From positions 1 through 52,648 of the forward strand of contig JACPFZ010000026.1 in NCBI GenBank assembly GCA_016182725.1: 52,648 nt of DNA, given 5' to 3'. This document shows positions 23,253 to 31,878 of this stretch, one piece after another (position 1 is the first letter of the stretch; each line of letters begins with the position of its first letter). The DNA is from Candidatus Gottesmanbacteria bacterium. Lineage in GTDB: Bacteria > Patescibacteriota > Microgenomatia > UBA10105 > UBA927. Both the position numbers and the translations under genes were made by a program. Under the pieces are notes generated by a model. That model had not been told where the DNA came from and searched no databases. It saw only the letters and a list, made by a program, of their open reading frames with translations.

Positions 23253-25514
23253 TTATTTTTTGGGAGTGGGAGACGGCGTAGGAAGAGAGCCACACCTCCC
23301 AAAGGGAGGTTCGGTGCCGGTCATAAAATACTCGATTCGTCCGTAGTAGCAAGGAACGCTCGTTACCGTATCGGGTTTCACCAGCACCTCATCCGGTTTG
23401 CCTTTCAAAAGTTCGCTTGTGATATCGTGCCAGATGGGAGCCGCACCAGTGACACCGGAGGTGAAGTATGGATCCATGGGATTATTGTTATTGTTGCCTA
23501 CCCAGACGGCAACGACGTAGGACGGTGTGTACCCAATAGTCCAGTTATCTCGTTTATCATTACTCGTTCCTGTTTTGACGGAGACGGTTTTCCCATCAAC
23601 AACCAAAGCTGAACTTGGTCCAAATGCAGCGGTGCGGGCGATATTGTCGCTTAAGATATTTCCCAGTATCCATGCAGCTTCGGGTTTGACTGCGAAAACG
23701 GGCGGTTTTAGGGCGTTTCGTTCCACGACGCGTCCGGTATAATCGGTAATTTCCAAAACAGGAAGAAGATCTTGCCTCTTGCCGTCATTGGCAAGCGTGC
23801 CAAAGACTTTTGCCATATCAAGCATGGTTACCTCACCGCCCCCCAAGGTGAGGGAGAGGCCATAGCGGCTTTCATCTTCCCACGATTCAATTCCCATCAT
23901 TCGCCCTTTTTCAATCATCGCATGGACACCGATTTTTGCTAACACTTTGACCGCCGGGATATTATAAGAATTTCCTAATGCATAGCGAAGTGGAGTCACT
24001 CCGTGAAACTTGCTGTCATAGTTGACCGGCGCATACGGCGTTGTCCCCGGGATTTGGTACACAATAGGGCTATCGTCAAGAAGGGATGCAGCAGTAAATC
24101 CGTTTTCCAGCGCTGCTGCATAGTTGACTACCTTGATCGCTGAACCCGGTTGGCGCAAACTCGTCGTTACATTCACATTGCCTTCATCTTTTATATTGAA
24201 GTAATCTTTGCTCCCTACCATAGCAAGAATTTCTCCGGTTTTGGGGTTGGTGATAAGAGCCGCTCCGTTGCCGACGCGAAGATAGGAAAGTTGCGCTACA
24301 TGAGACCGCAGGATTTCCTCTGCTTTTTCTTGGATGGTAACGTCTAAGGACGTTTTGATGCGCAGTCCGCCGCGATCCACGAATCGTGTTCCGTATCGGC
24401 GTTCCAGGAGGTCTTTGACGTAGAGGACAAAATGGGGGGCGCGGATAGGGATATTTGGAGATGCAAACGTGATTTTTTCAGAGAGAGCCATAGAAGCTTC
24501 TTCTTTCGTAATGTAGCCGTCTTCTCTCATGCGGCGCAGCACTTCCTTTTGCCGTTCAAATGTATTCTGTGGATGAGATCCAAACGGCGAGTTTTCCGTA
24601 GGAGCGGCGGGGAGTCCTGCAAGAAGAGCTGCTTGGGCAAGGGTCAAGTTTTTTGCCGATTTGCCAAAGTAGGTTTGACTTGCAGCTTCGATACCCCATG
24701 CCGTCCCACCGTATGGCACCTGGTTGAGATACATTTCCAGGATTTGTTTTCGGGAGAGTGTTATTTCGGGAGTAAGAAGCGACGATTTCATAAGCTGCTG
24801 GGTGATCGTTGAGCCGCCCTGGAGCTTCCCATGGAGCTTGGTCTGTACAATTGCCCGAACAATGCCCCGAAGAGAAAACCCCTGATGGCGGTAAAAATCA
24901 CGATCTTCGATTGCAATAGTTGCCTGTTTTACGTGTTCGGGAATATCGGCAAGCGCAAGCGGTGTCCGGTTCTGATCCGCGTAGATTTCATACAAGAGGA
25001 TACCGTTTCGGTCAAAGATTTTTGTGGTGACCTCCAGATCTTTGTGGGTAAGAAGGTAAGGATTTGGTAGGCTTGCCAGCCACTGATAAGCGGTATATGG
25101 GACAAAAAGGAGGAGCGCAGTCACGACAACTCCAAGAAAAAACGATTTCCATAGGTCTTGTTGCTTTCTTCTTCGATAAAGGACTGCAGTACGGGGAAAA
25201 CGCAGAGAAGGGAGAGAGAATGTGGGAAGTGTTGGTAGCGTTATGGCGGGAAGGGAAATATGCGGGAGTTCCACCATGGGCACCTTGACCTTTGGTGTTT
25301 TTTCTTTGATCCAGTCGTTTATTCCCTGTCGCGTTTCTTGGACAGTTATCTTTATGATGTTATAGGATATAAAGAAAAGAGAAAAAAGAAGATGAAAGAA
25401 GAATCGAATAATATCGCCAATGCTTATGAGGACAAGCGGAACGCTAGAGACCAAAAAAAGAAAAAGACTTTTTTGATCTCGATTATGAGAAGAAATCTTT
25501 TTATAACGGGCCAT
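23253..25514 (-). CDS. Class A penicillin-binding protein (GT51 + transpeptidase) with a degenerate GT51 motif-3 region
   Basis: 753 aa with EDRDFYRHQGFS, GGSTITQQL and the transpeptidase motif RQPGSAIK. It lacks 17 residues after the RK of GT51 motif 3 when compared with its neighbouring paralog. Confidence 0.8.
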   Translation of the reverse strand: MARYKKISSHNRDQKSLFLFLVSSVPLVLISIGDIIRFFFHLLFSLFFISYNIIKITVQETRQGINDWIKEKTPKVKVPMVELPHISLPAITLPTLPTFSLPSLRFPRTAVLYRRRKQQDLWKSFFLGVVVTALLLFVPYTAYQWLASLPNPYLLTHKDLEVTTKIFDRNGILLYEIYADQNRTPLALADIPEHVKQATIAIEDRDFYRHQGFSLRGIVRAIVQTKLHGKLQGGSTITQQLMKSSLLTPEITLSRKQILEMYLNQVPYGGTAWGIEAASQTYFGKSAKNLTLAQAALLAGLPAAPTENSPFGSHPQNTFERQKEVLRRMREDGYITKEEASMALSEKITFASPNIPIRAPHFVLYVKDLLERRYGTRFVDRGGLRIKTSLDVTIQEKAEEILRSHVAQLSYLRVGNGAALITNPKTGEILAMVGSKDYFNIKDEGNVNVTTSLRQPGSAIKVVNYAAALENGFTAASLLDDSPIVYQIPGTTPYAPVNYDSKFHGVTPLRYALGNSYNIPAVKVLAKIGVHAMIEKGRMMGIESWEDESRYGLSLTLGGGEVTMLDMAKVFGTLANDGKRQDLLPVLEITDYTGRVVERNALKPPVFAVKPEAAWILGNILSDNIARTAAFGPSSALVVDGKTVSVKTGTSNDKRDNWTIGYTPSYVVAVWVGNNNNNPMDPYFTSGVTGAAPIWHDITSELLKGKPDEVLVKPDTVTSVPCYYGRIEYFMTGTEPPFGRCGSLPTPSPTPKK

Positions 25515-25592
25515 AGTTGGGTTTTTATACCACGTCTATGGGACTCTCTACAAGAGGCAAATAGGTCTTATGAGACGTATATGTCTTATGAG

Positions 25593-27791
25593 CTATTTTA
25601 TAAGAACCGGTTTTTCTTCGGGGTGGGGACAGTCTAAACACCATGTGGTAACGGCATCACGCAGTACCTGATGTTCTTGGGGTTCAACGTTATCTGTTTG
25701 GTTAGGACTCGCAAGATCGTGCGTCGTTTTGTCAATCATGACGACTTGCTTGAGCTGTTCACGCTGATTTGGTACGGTGCCTCGGATAAAGTATTCGAAG
25801 CGTGTCGGACATCCCCTATCTGCGTCATTTGGAGCGTCAGGATTGGGAGGAAGAAGTCCGGTCAGGGCACACACCTGCGCCCCCACAATGCCGTCGGGTT
25901 GCTTGGGCCAAATGTCCGGTTTTCCTTCTAATACCTTTCGCATCAGCTTATTCCAGATGGGAGCCGCGCCCGTGACACCGGAAACGAGTGCAGAGTTCAT
26001 TCGTGAGTTATCATTATTGCCGACCCAGGTCGCTACCAGGTACTGCGGGGTAAATCCAATCGTCCAGTTATCGCGAAGATCATCAGTGGTACCAGTCTTG
26101 ACGGATACAGCAGGATGTCCGGGCACGAGAAGAAGTGAATTTGGACCGAATGCCTCCTGGCGCGCATTGTTGTCGAGGAGTATGTGGGAAATAAGAAATG
26201 CAGTTTCCGGGCTTATGACCCGCGGTCCTTGGAGGAGAAGTTGAGACGCGATGTCGCGATCAAGGTTTGGATCTTTGTATTCTTCCAATATTTTTCCGTT
26301 CTTGTCCGTGACGTTCAGAATGGAAACTAAATCCTTGCGAATTCCTGCATTGGCAAATACGCCGAATGCTCGTGCCATATCCGTCATGCGTACTTCTCCT
26401 CCGCCCAGGGTGAGCGAGAGGCCGTAGCTTCTCGGGTCAGTAAACGTCGTTATGCCGAATGCGCTTGAGGAGGCGATCATGTCAGTCACCGTATTAAGGT
26501 ACAGCATTTTGACGGCAGGGATGTTAAACGAGTTGCCCAGAGCAAAGCGAAGCTGGGCCGGGCCATGAAATTTGCCGTCGTAGTTACGCGGACAGTAGGG
26601 AGGTTTACCAAGATTTGCAAAGCAGGTAGGAGTATCTAGAAACATGGTAGCTGGGGTGACGATGCGCTTTTCCAGTCCCAAGGCGTAGTTAATGGGTTTA
26701 ATAGCAGAACCAGGTTGCCGGATGGCCGTGGTGACGTTGAAATTCCCCGAAGGGCTGGCGAAATAATCAGTTGAGCCTATCATCGCTAAAATTTCTCCTG
26801 TTGCGGGTTTCGTTATGAGTGCTGCGCCATTGGTGACATGCCATCCGGAAAGTTTTTTGACTTCGGCGCTAACCGTTGCCTGCGCATATTCCTGGAGACT
26901 CCAATCAAGCGTGGTGGTTACTTTGAGTCCGCCGCGCTCGACCAACTGTTCTCCGTATGTTTGCACCAACTGTTCTTTGACATACATGACAAAGTGGGGC
27001 GCTTTGATATCGGCGGGTTGAGTATAGGAAAGCGGTGCATTTTTTGCTTCCTGGGCTTGTTTTCCCGTAATATATCCATCTTCAACCATCCGTCGTAGTA
27101 CTTCTCCTTGACGTTCCTGCGCAAACTCAGGATGTGCGCCCAGCGGAGAATACAGTGTCGGCGCTTGAGGAAGACCTGCAAGGAGTGCTCCTTCGGAAAG
27201 GGTCAGCTCTTTTGCCTTTTTGCCAAAATATTTCTCGCTAGCGGTTTCAATGCCCCAGGCAGTACCGCCGTAGGGCACCTGATTTAAATACAACTCCAGG
27301 ATTTTATCTTTCGGATAGAGGAGTTCCACCCAGAACGCAAGAATTACTTCTTTGATTTTTCTTGTTACTGTGCGCTCTGAAGAGAGAAGAGCAGATTTTA
27401 CCAACTGTTGCGTAATGGTCGAGCCTCCTTGCAAGCGTCTGCGGGTGAGGGTCGCGATGACGGCGCGAATCATGCCGCCGATGGGACTTACTCCTCCATG
27501 TTGGTAAAAGGTTTTATCTTCAATAGCAATCGTTGCCTGCTGGACCTCCTTGGGGATTTCGGAAAGTGGTACAGGGCTACGGTTCTCTTTGGCATAAATA
27601 TCAAAAAGGAGCGTCCCGTTGCGGTCATAAATTTTTGTTGCGAGCGGCACGTTGTAATTTGCTAAACCCGAAGGAGACGGCAGATCCTTGAGAATAAGAA
27701 GGTAAGAACCGACGAGAAGTCCAAGAGGAAGCAGCCAAAAAAGATATGCTGCTATGCGGCGCTGTTTTCGAATGGGGGATTTCTTTTTCAT
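25593..27791 (-). CDS. Class A penicillin-binding protein (PBP1A family)
   Basis: EDKTFYQHGGVS, GGSTITQQL, RKIKE and RQPGSAIK are present. The start is taken at MKKKSPIRKQRR (27791). The longer ORF-track start at 28121 would run antisense through sodA. Confidence 0.85.
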   Translation of the reverse strand: MKKKSPIRKQRRIAAYLFWLLPLGLLVGSYLLILKDLPSPSGLANYNVPLATKIYDRNGTLLFDIYAKENRSPVPLSEIPKEVQQATIAIEDKTFYQHGGVSPIGGMIRAVIATLTRRRLQGGSTITQQLVKSALLSSERTVTRKIKEVILAFWVELLYPKDKILELYLNQVPYGGTAWGIETASEKYFGKKAKELTLSEGALLAGLPQAPTLYSPLGAHPEFAQERQGEVLRRMVEDGYITGKQAQEAKNAPLSYTQPADIKAPHFVMYVKEQLVQTYGEQLVERGGLKVTTTLDWSLQEYAQATVSAEVKKLSGWHVTNGAALITKPATGEILAMIGSTDYFASPSGNFNVTTAIRQPGSAIKPINYALGLEKRIVTPATMFLDTPTCFANLGKPPYCPRNYDGKFHGPAQLRFALGNSFNIPAVKMLYLNTVTDMIASSSAFGITTFTDPRSYGLSLTLGGGEVRMTDMARAFGVFANAGIRKDLVSILNVTDKNGKILEEYKDPNLDRDIASQLLLQGPRVISPETAFLISHILLDNNARQEAFGPNSLLLVPGHPAVSVKTGTTDDLRDNWTIGFTPQYLVATWVGNNDNSRMNSALVSGVTGAAPIWNKLMRKVLEGKPDIWPKQPDGIVGAQVCALTGLLPPNPDAPNDADRGCPTRFEYFIRGTVPNQREQLKQVVMIDKTTHDLASPNQTDNVEPQEHQVLRDAVTTWCLDCPHPEEKPVLIK

Positions 27792-27827
27792 GGATGTATT
27801 ATATAATAAATGAATAAAGGAGGTCCT

Positions 27828-28436
27828 ATGTTTACCTTGCCGGAGTTGCCTTATGCGTACAACGCACTCGAGCCATATATTGATGAGGCTACGATGCGGA
27901 TTCATCATGATAAGCACCATGGTGCTTATGTGAAAAATCTCAACGATGCGTTTATGGGGCAGGATGATCTGTTGGCAATGTCTGTTGAAGATTTGGTAAA
28001 GAAGCTTTCTCAAGTCCCGGAAGCAGTCCGGATAAAAGTACGAAACAACGGAGGAGGACACGCCAATCATAGTTTGTTTTGGCAGGTGATGAGTCCTAAT
28101 CCCGCGGGGGCCCTTCGGCAAGCTCAGGGCGATTTAGATGCTGCTATTAAAAAATCGTTTGGGAGTTTTGACAAGTTTCAAGAATTATTTAGCGCTGCTG
28201 CCCTAAATCGATTTGGTTCAGGGTGGGCGTGGTTGGTTAAAGATAACGGAAAGCTTGTAGTTATGGACACGCCCAATCAGGATTCGCCGCTTATGGAAGG
28301 AAAGACGCCGATTTTGGGTCTTGATGTCTGGGAACACGCGTATTATCTCAAGTATCAAAATTTGAGGGCTGACTACATAAAAGCATGGTGGAGTGTGGTG
28401 AATTGGGCGGAAGTCGAAAAACGGTATGCCAGGTAG
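27828..28436 (+). CDS. sodA: Fe/Mn superoxide dismutase
   Basis: An AGGAGG Shine-Dalgarno sequence precedes ATG 27828. Signatures are [22 protein letters not shown] and DVWEHAYYL. The TAG stop at 28434-28436 lies inside repeat copy 2. Confidence 0.9.
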   Translation: MFTLPELPYAYNALEPYIDEATMRIHHDKHHGAYVKNLNDAFMGQDDLLAMSVEDLVKKLSQVPEAVRIKVRNNGGGHANHSLFWQVMSPNPAGALRQAQGDLDAAIKKSFGSFDKFQELFSAAALNRFGSGWAWLVKDNGKLVVMDTPNQDSPLMEGKTPILGLDVWEHAYYLKYQNLRADYIKAWWSVVNWAEVEKRYAR

Positions 28437-28568
28437 TAGAATTTCGACACGCTTTTCATGTTGTCCGGTTCGCAACGCTACCTTGGCCATACAAAGGTAT
28501 TTTTTAAAGAAAAGGGGGCCTGAAATTTTGACAGCGTAAAAGACAACAGTCGAAATTTCACTACCTGG
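28429..28568. repeat. Long-hairpin intergenic element, copy 2 (140 bp)
   Basis: It has the same 26-nt left end and the same ~20-nt right end as copy 1. It also shares the inner stem GTTGTC/GACAAC and the central TATTTTTTAAAGAAA block. It is flanked by TATG on both sides. Confidence 0.85.
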
Positions 28569-28569
28569 T

Positions 28570-29307
28570 ATGCGGGGAGTGCGTGATCCGAGGCTCCGGG
28601 TATTCAAGCTTCCTAAAGAAGCGATTATTTTCGCCTTTGCCCAGTGGCAGGGAAGTCGTAGCCGGCAGGAAGATTTCGTCGGAAATTTTAAGGACGAGTG
28701 CTTTGTTGTCTGTGATGGCGTCAGCGGACTGCCACATGGGGACGTAGCTGCCAATCTTGCCGGAGAAACCGCTCTGTGGGCGTACAAACAGGTGCGTCTG
28801 CGCAAAGGCTATTGGGCAGATAAGCGCCTCCTTATCCGGAGGATTTTTCGATCAACGAACCTTACCATCTGGCAGAAAAAAAGAGAACCAGGATTTGAAG
28901 ATGGGCTGGCAACCACGCTCCTTGTCGCTATTGTCGGACCCATGACCATCTGGGTGGGGAGCGTGGGGGATAGCAGTGCATGGGTTTATAACGGAAACCT
29001 CCTGAGGTTGACGCGTGAAGACCGCGATAGGAGCGGGAATCTCACGCGAGCCTTGGGGTATCAGCGCCTGGGGCTTTGGCCAAACGCCAGCCAGCAGCGA
29101 TTTTTATCAGGCGACCTTCTTATCCTTGCTACGGACGGCATTACATCCGTCCTTTCTCCGAAAGAGGTGTCAGCATTGGTGAAAAACGCCGGAGATACGT
29201 CAGATGGACTTACCAACACTGCTCAAGAGATTATACGAAAAGCTCGAAACATGGGTGCCACAGACAATATGACGGTCTGTTTAGTTAAGCGCATTGCACT
29301 CCCTTGA
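28570..29307 (+). CDS. PP2C-family Ser/Thr protein phosphatase
   Basis: 245 aa with SRSRQEDF, VCDGVSG, LILATDGI and ATDNMTV (PPM metal-binding motifs). Confidence 0.8.
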   Translation: MRGVRDPRLRVFKLPKEAIIFAFAQWQGSRSRQEDFVGNFKDECFVVCDGVSGLPHGDVAANLAGETALWAYKQVRLRKGYWADKRLLIRRIFRSTNLTIWQKKREPGFEDGLATTLLVAIVGPMTIWVGSVGDSSAWVYNGNLLRLTREDRDRSGNLTRALGYQRLGLWPNASQQRFLSGDLLILATDGITSVLSPKEVSALVKNAGDTSDGLTNTAQEIIRKARNMGATDNMTVCLVKRIALP

Positions 29308-29332
29308 TAAGTTACTGATATACTAGTACCAT

Positions 29333-29536
29333 CCAGGTAGTGAAACTTCAGAAACGTATGTTCTTTTCAGAGACTATACGATACATGAGGAGGTTCCACT
29401 GGAAAAGAACATACGTTTGAAATATGAAGCAAAACGCAGAAGTGACTATTCAACAAATAAAGAGAGGAGACTTTTCAAGCGCAGAATAAAAGATTGTTTC
29501 TATTCTCTGCGTTTTGCCTGAAGTTCTACTACCTGG
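29333..29536. repeat. Long-hairpin intergenic element, copy 3 (204 bp, variant interior, opposite arm polarity)
   Basis: Ends are CCAGGTAGTGAAACTTCAG and CTGAAGTTCTACTACCTGG. The interior holds two further perfect stems: 29352-29368/29402-29418 and 29429-29440/29506-29517. Confidence 0.8.
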
Positions 29537-29537
29537 T

Positions 29538-31022
29538 ATGCCCGATGATTTTTTTGCCGATATTTCTGATGGCAAAACCCCGCCGACGTACCGATTTTTC
29601 AATGGCAAAGAATGGGTGGTATCTACAAGTGGGAAAATAACAGCGGTGCATTCTCCGATTGATGCGTCTATTGTTGGTCATCTTCAGGTGGTCACTACTG
29701 CGGAAATTGATGCGGTGATGGAAACTGCTAAGGCGGCCCAGCCAGCGTGGGAGGCAATACCCCTGAATCAGCGCGTCAAAATCATGCATTTGGCCGCAGA
29801 CTGGACTGCCCATTTTGCTGATTACCTTATTGCGCTTTTGATGCGGGAGATTGGAAAAACGACCGATGAAGCCAAGGGAGAAATTATGCGCACCGTAGAC
29901 CTTACGGATTACTTTGCCGATGAAGCCCAGTCACTGCGCGGAGAAACACTGGACAGTGATAATTTTCCCGGGTTTGAAAAAGGACGTATTGCGCTCGTTG
30001 AGCGCGTCGCCTATGGCGTGGTGGTCGCCATTAGCCCGTTTAACTATCCGGTCAATCTCTCTGCAAGTAAAATTGTCCCGGCCCTCCTTATGGGTAATAG
30101 CGTGGTCTTTAAGCCGCCGACCCAGGGAGCAATCAGTGGACTGCATTTGACGAAAATTTTCCAAAAAGCTGGTGTGCCTGCTGGCGTTTTGAGTTGTGTC
30201 ACTGGGGGAGGAGGAGAGATTGGTGATTATTTGGTGAGCCATCCAAAAGCAGACCTTATTACCTTTACGGGAAGTAGCGATACAGGAAGGGCGATTGCTG
30301 TAGCAGGCGGCATGAAGCCTTTGGTATTTGAATGCGGCGGCAACAATCCGGCCGTTGTTTTTCCTGATGCGGATATGAGTTTGACTGTTCGGGAAATTAT
30401 TAAAGGCGGCTTTTCCTATGCCGGTCAGCGCTGTACGGCCATTAAATACGTGCTCGGAACATCGGGAGTGTTAGAAAGCCTTTTGCAAGAGGTCCTCTTG
30501 CAAATGAAGACACTTGTTCACATGGGTGACCCGCGAAGTCCCGAGACCAAACTCGTCGGGCCGGTGATATCAGAACAAGCCGCCCTTCATATTGAAGAAG
30601 TTATTCAAGAGGCGGTGGGTGACGGGGCAACCATCGCAACTGGTGGCAAACGCACTGCCAGCTACATCGAACCGACGATTTTGACCAATGTCAAGCCAAC
30701 GATGAAGATTGTAGGAACGGAGGTTTTTGGACCGGTAATTTCTTTTATGAGCGTCAACAGTATGGATGAGGCGGCTACCATCATCAATGGGTCACATTTT
30801 GGACTCCAGGCATCGGTATTTACGAAAGACGAGGGGACAGGGATTGTGTTTGCTCGGCAGCTTAATGTCGGTACAGTTCAGATTAACGGTTCGCCCCAGC
30901 GCGGCCCGGATCATTTTCCATTTTTAGGCGTCAAGCGCTCCGGCTTGGGCGTCCAGGGCGTGCGGTATTCTTTGGAAGCTATGAGTAGACTCAAACCCAT
31001 CGTCCTCAATAAACCCGCTTGA
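29538..31022 (+). CDS. Aldehyde dehydrogenase family protein (non-phosphorylating GAPDH GapN-like)
   Basis: VFECGGNNP, the catalytic-Cys region YAGQRCTA and EVFGPV are present. The start is placed at ATG 29538 (MPDDFF), directly after the repeat. The ORF-track start at 29514 lies inside the repeat arm. Confidence 0.75.
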   Translation: MPDDFFADISDGKTPPTYRFFNGKEWVVSTSGKITAVHSPIDASIVGHLQVVTTAEIDAVMETAKAAQPAWEAIPLNQRVKIMHLAADWTAHFADYLIALLMREIGKTTDEAKGEIMRTVDLTDYFADEAQSLRGETLDSDNFPGFEKGRIALVERVAYGVVVAISPFNYPVNLSASKIVPALLMGNSVVFKPPTQGAISGLHLTKIFQKAGVPAGVLSCVTGGGGEIGDYLVSHPKADLITFTGSSDTGRAIAVAGGMKPLVFECGGNNPAVVFPDADMSLTVREIIKGGFSYAGQRCTAIKYVLGTSGVLESLLQEVLLQMKTLVHMGDPRSPETKLVGPVISEQAALHIEEVIQEAVGDGATIATGGKRTASYIEPTILTNVKPTMKIVGTEVFGPVISFMSVNSMDEAATIINGSHFGLQASVFTKDEGTGIVFARQLNVGTVQINGSPQRGPDHFPFLGVKRSGLGVQGVRYSLEAMSRLKPIVLNKPA

Positions 31023-31064
31023 CAACTGTTTTGATTTGTAGTAAATTCATACTAGTATGAATTT
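31019..31064 (+). promoter_or_regulatory. Promoter plus 22-bp perfect palindromic operator over the vapB start
   Basis: TTGACA (31019-31024), a 17-nt spacer, then TAAATT (31042-31047). The palindrome AAATTCATACT|AGTATGAATTT (31043-31064) covers ATG 31057. Confidence 0.5.
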
Positions 31065-31353
31065 AGGTATAGTTACCAAACCCAATGCAAAGGGACAAAT
31101 TGTCATCCCCAAAAGAATGAGGGATGCGCTTGGTATTGATGAAAACGCCCTCTTAAGCCTTACGATCAAAGGGTACGGCGTATACATTACGCCACTGGAG
31201 AAATCGCTGGGTACCTCTGATTCTAGAAACATTGCCGTAGAGGTACTCAAAAAGACCATGGGTACATGGAAGAGGGATACGTGGACAAAAACTGAAAAGC
31301 AGAGAAGAAAACTTGAGCTTGCCGCTTCGGCAAAAAGAAAACAGGCATGGTAA
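31057..31353 (+). CDS. AbrB/MazE/SpoVT-family antitoxin (VapB-like)
   Basis: 98 aa. KGQIVIPKRMRDALGIDENALLSL is a SpoVT-AbrB looped-hinge pattern. It overlaps the downstream PIN gene by 7 nt. Confidence 0.7.
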   Translation: MNLGIVTKPNAKGQIVIPKRMRDALGIDENALLSLTIKGYGVYITPLEKSLGTSDSRNIAVEVLKKTMGTWKRDTWTKTEKQRRKLELAASAKRKQAW

Positions 31354-31742
31354 TTGTCGATACGAATATTATCATTGATCACCTACGAAGCCAGTCGAGT
31401 ACATCTGTTCTGATACGGCTGTTTGACGCATATCCTGAGGAGCCCATTACTACTTCTGTCATTTGTCTGCAGGAGCTCTATGAAGGAGAAAGTACCAGAG
31501 ATGATCAAAAAGAACAGTATTTATTATCGACATTGGGATCATTAGACGTATTGCCATACACAGTTGAGATTGCAACGCTTGCCGGTAAATTAGCCAGAGA
31601 CGCAAAACAATCCATGGAATTTGCCGATGCCGCCTTTGCGGCTACAGCTCTGGTCAACGAAGCGGAACTTTTTACATTGAATCAAAAGCACTTTACAGGC
31701 ATACTCAACTTGAAGCTCCGTACGCTTCCATCAAAGCCGTAA
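31347..31742 (+). CDS. PIN-domain toxin (VapC-like)
   Basis: 131 aa. It has the MVIVDTNIIIDHL N-terminal acidic motif and a later FADAAFAATA motif. Confidence 0.7.
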   Translation: MVIVDTNIIIDHLRSQSSTSVLIRLFDAYPEEPITTSVICLQELYEGESTRDDQKEQYLLSTLGSLDVLPYTVEIATLAGKLARDAKQSMEFADAAFAATALVNEAELFTLNQKHFTGILNLKLRTLPSKP

Positions 31743-31878
31743 TGAGATAAAAATTTATTCTCAATAAGCCGCAGTAAGAAGTATTATTCTGAAACCATCA
31801 ATAATCTCATTTACATTTAGAAGAAGCTATAGTATGTTCTCTCTAGTCTAGACATAGTATTTTTCTGGACGTATATAT

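Noticed and set aside
27792-28121. N-terminal 110 codons of the 842-aa ORF-track version of the second PBP
   Set aside because: This stretch runs antisense through sodA and has no PBP-like sequence. A canonical MKKKSPIRKQRR + TM start at 27791 gives a normal 732-aa PBP1A.
28218-28805. 195-aa minus-strand ORF
   Set aside because: It is antisense to the 3' end of sodA and the 5' end of the PP2C gene, and it runs straight through repeat copy 2. It has no recognisable motif and both sense genes are well supported.
14385-29536. Hairpin elements as integron attC sites / gene cassettes
   Set aside because: No R''/R' core sites (RYYYAAC / GTTRRRY) are present and no integrase is in the window. The flanking genes (pilB/pilC, sodA) are housekeeping genes in operon context, not promoterless cassettes.
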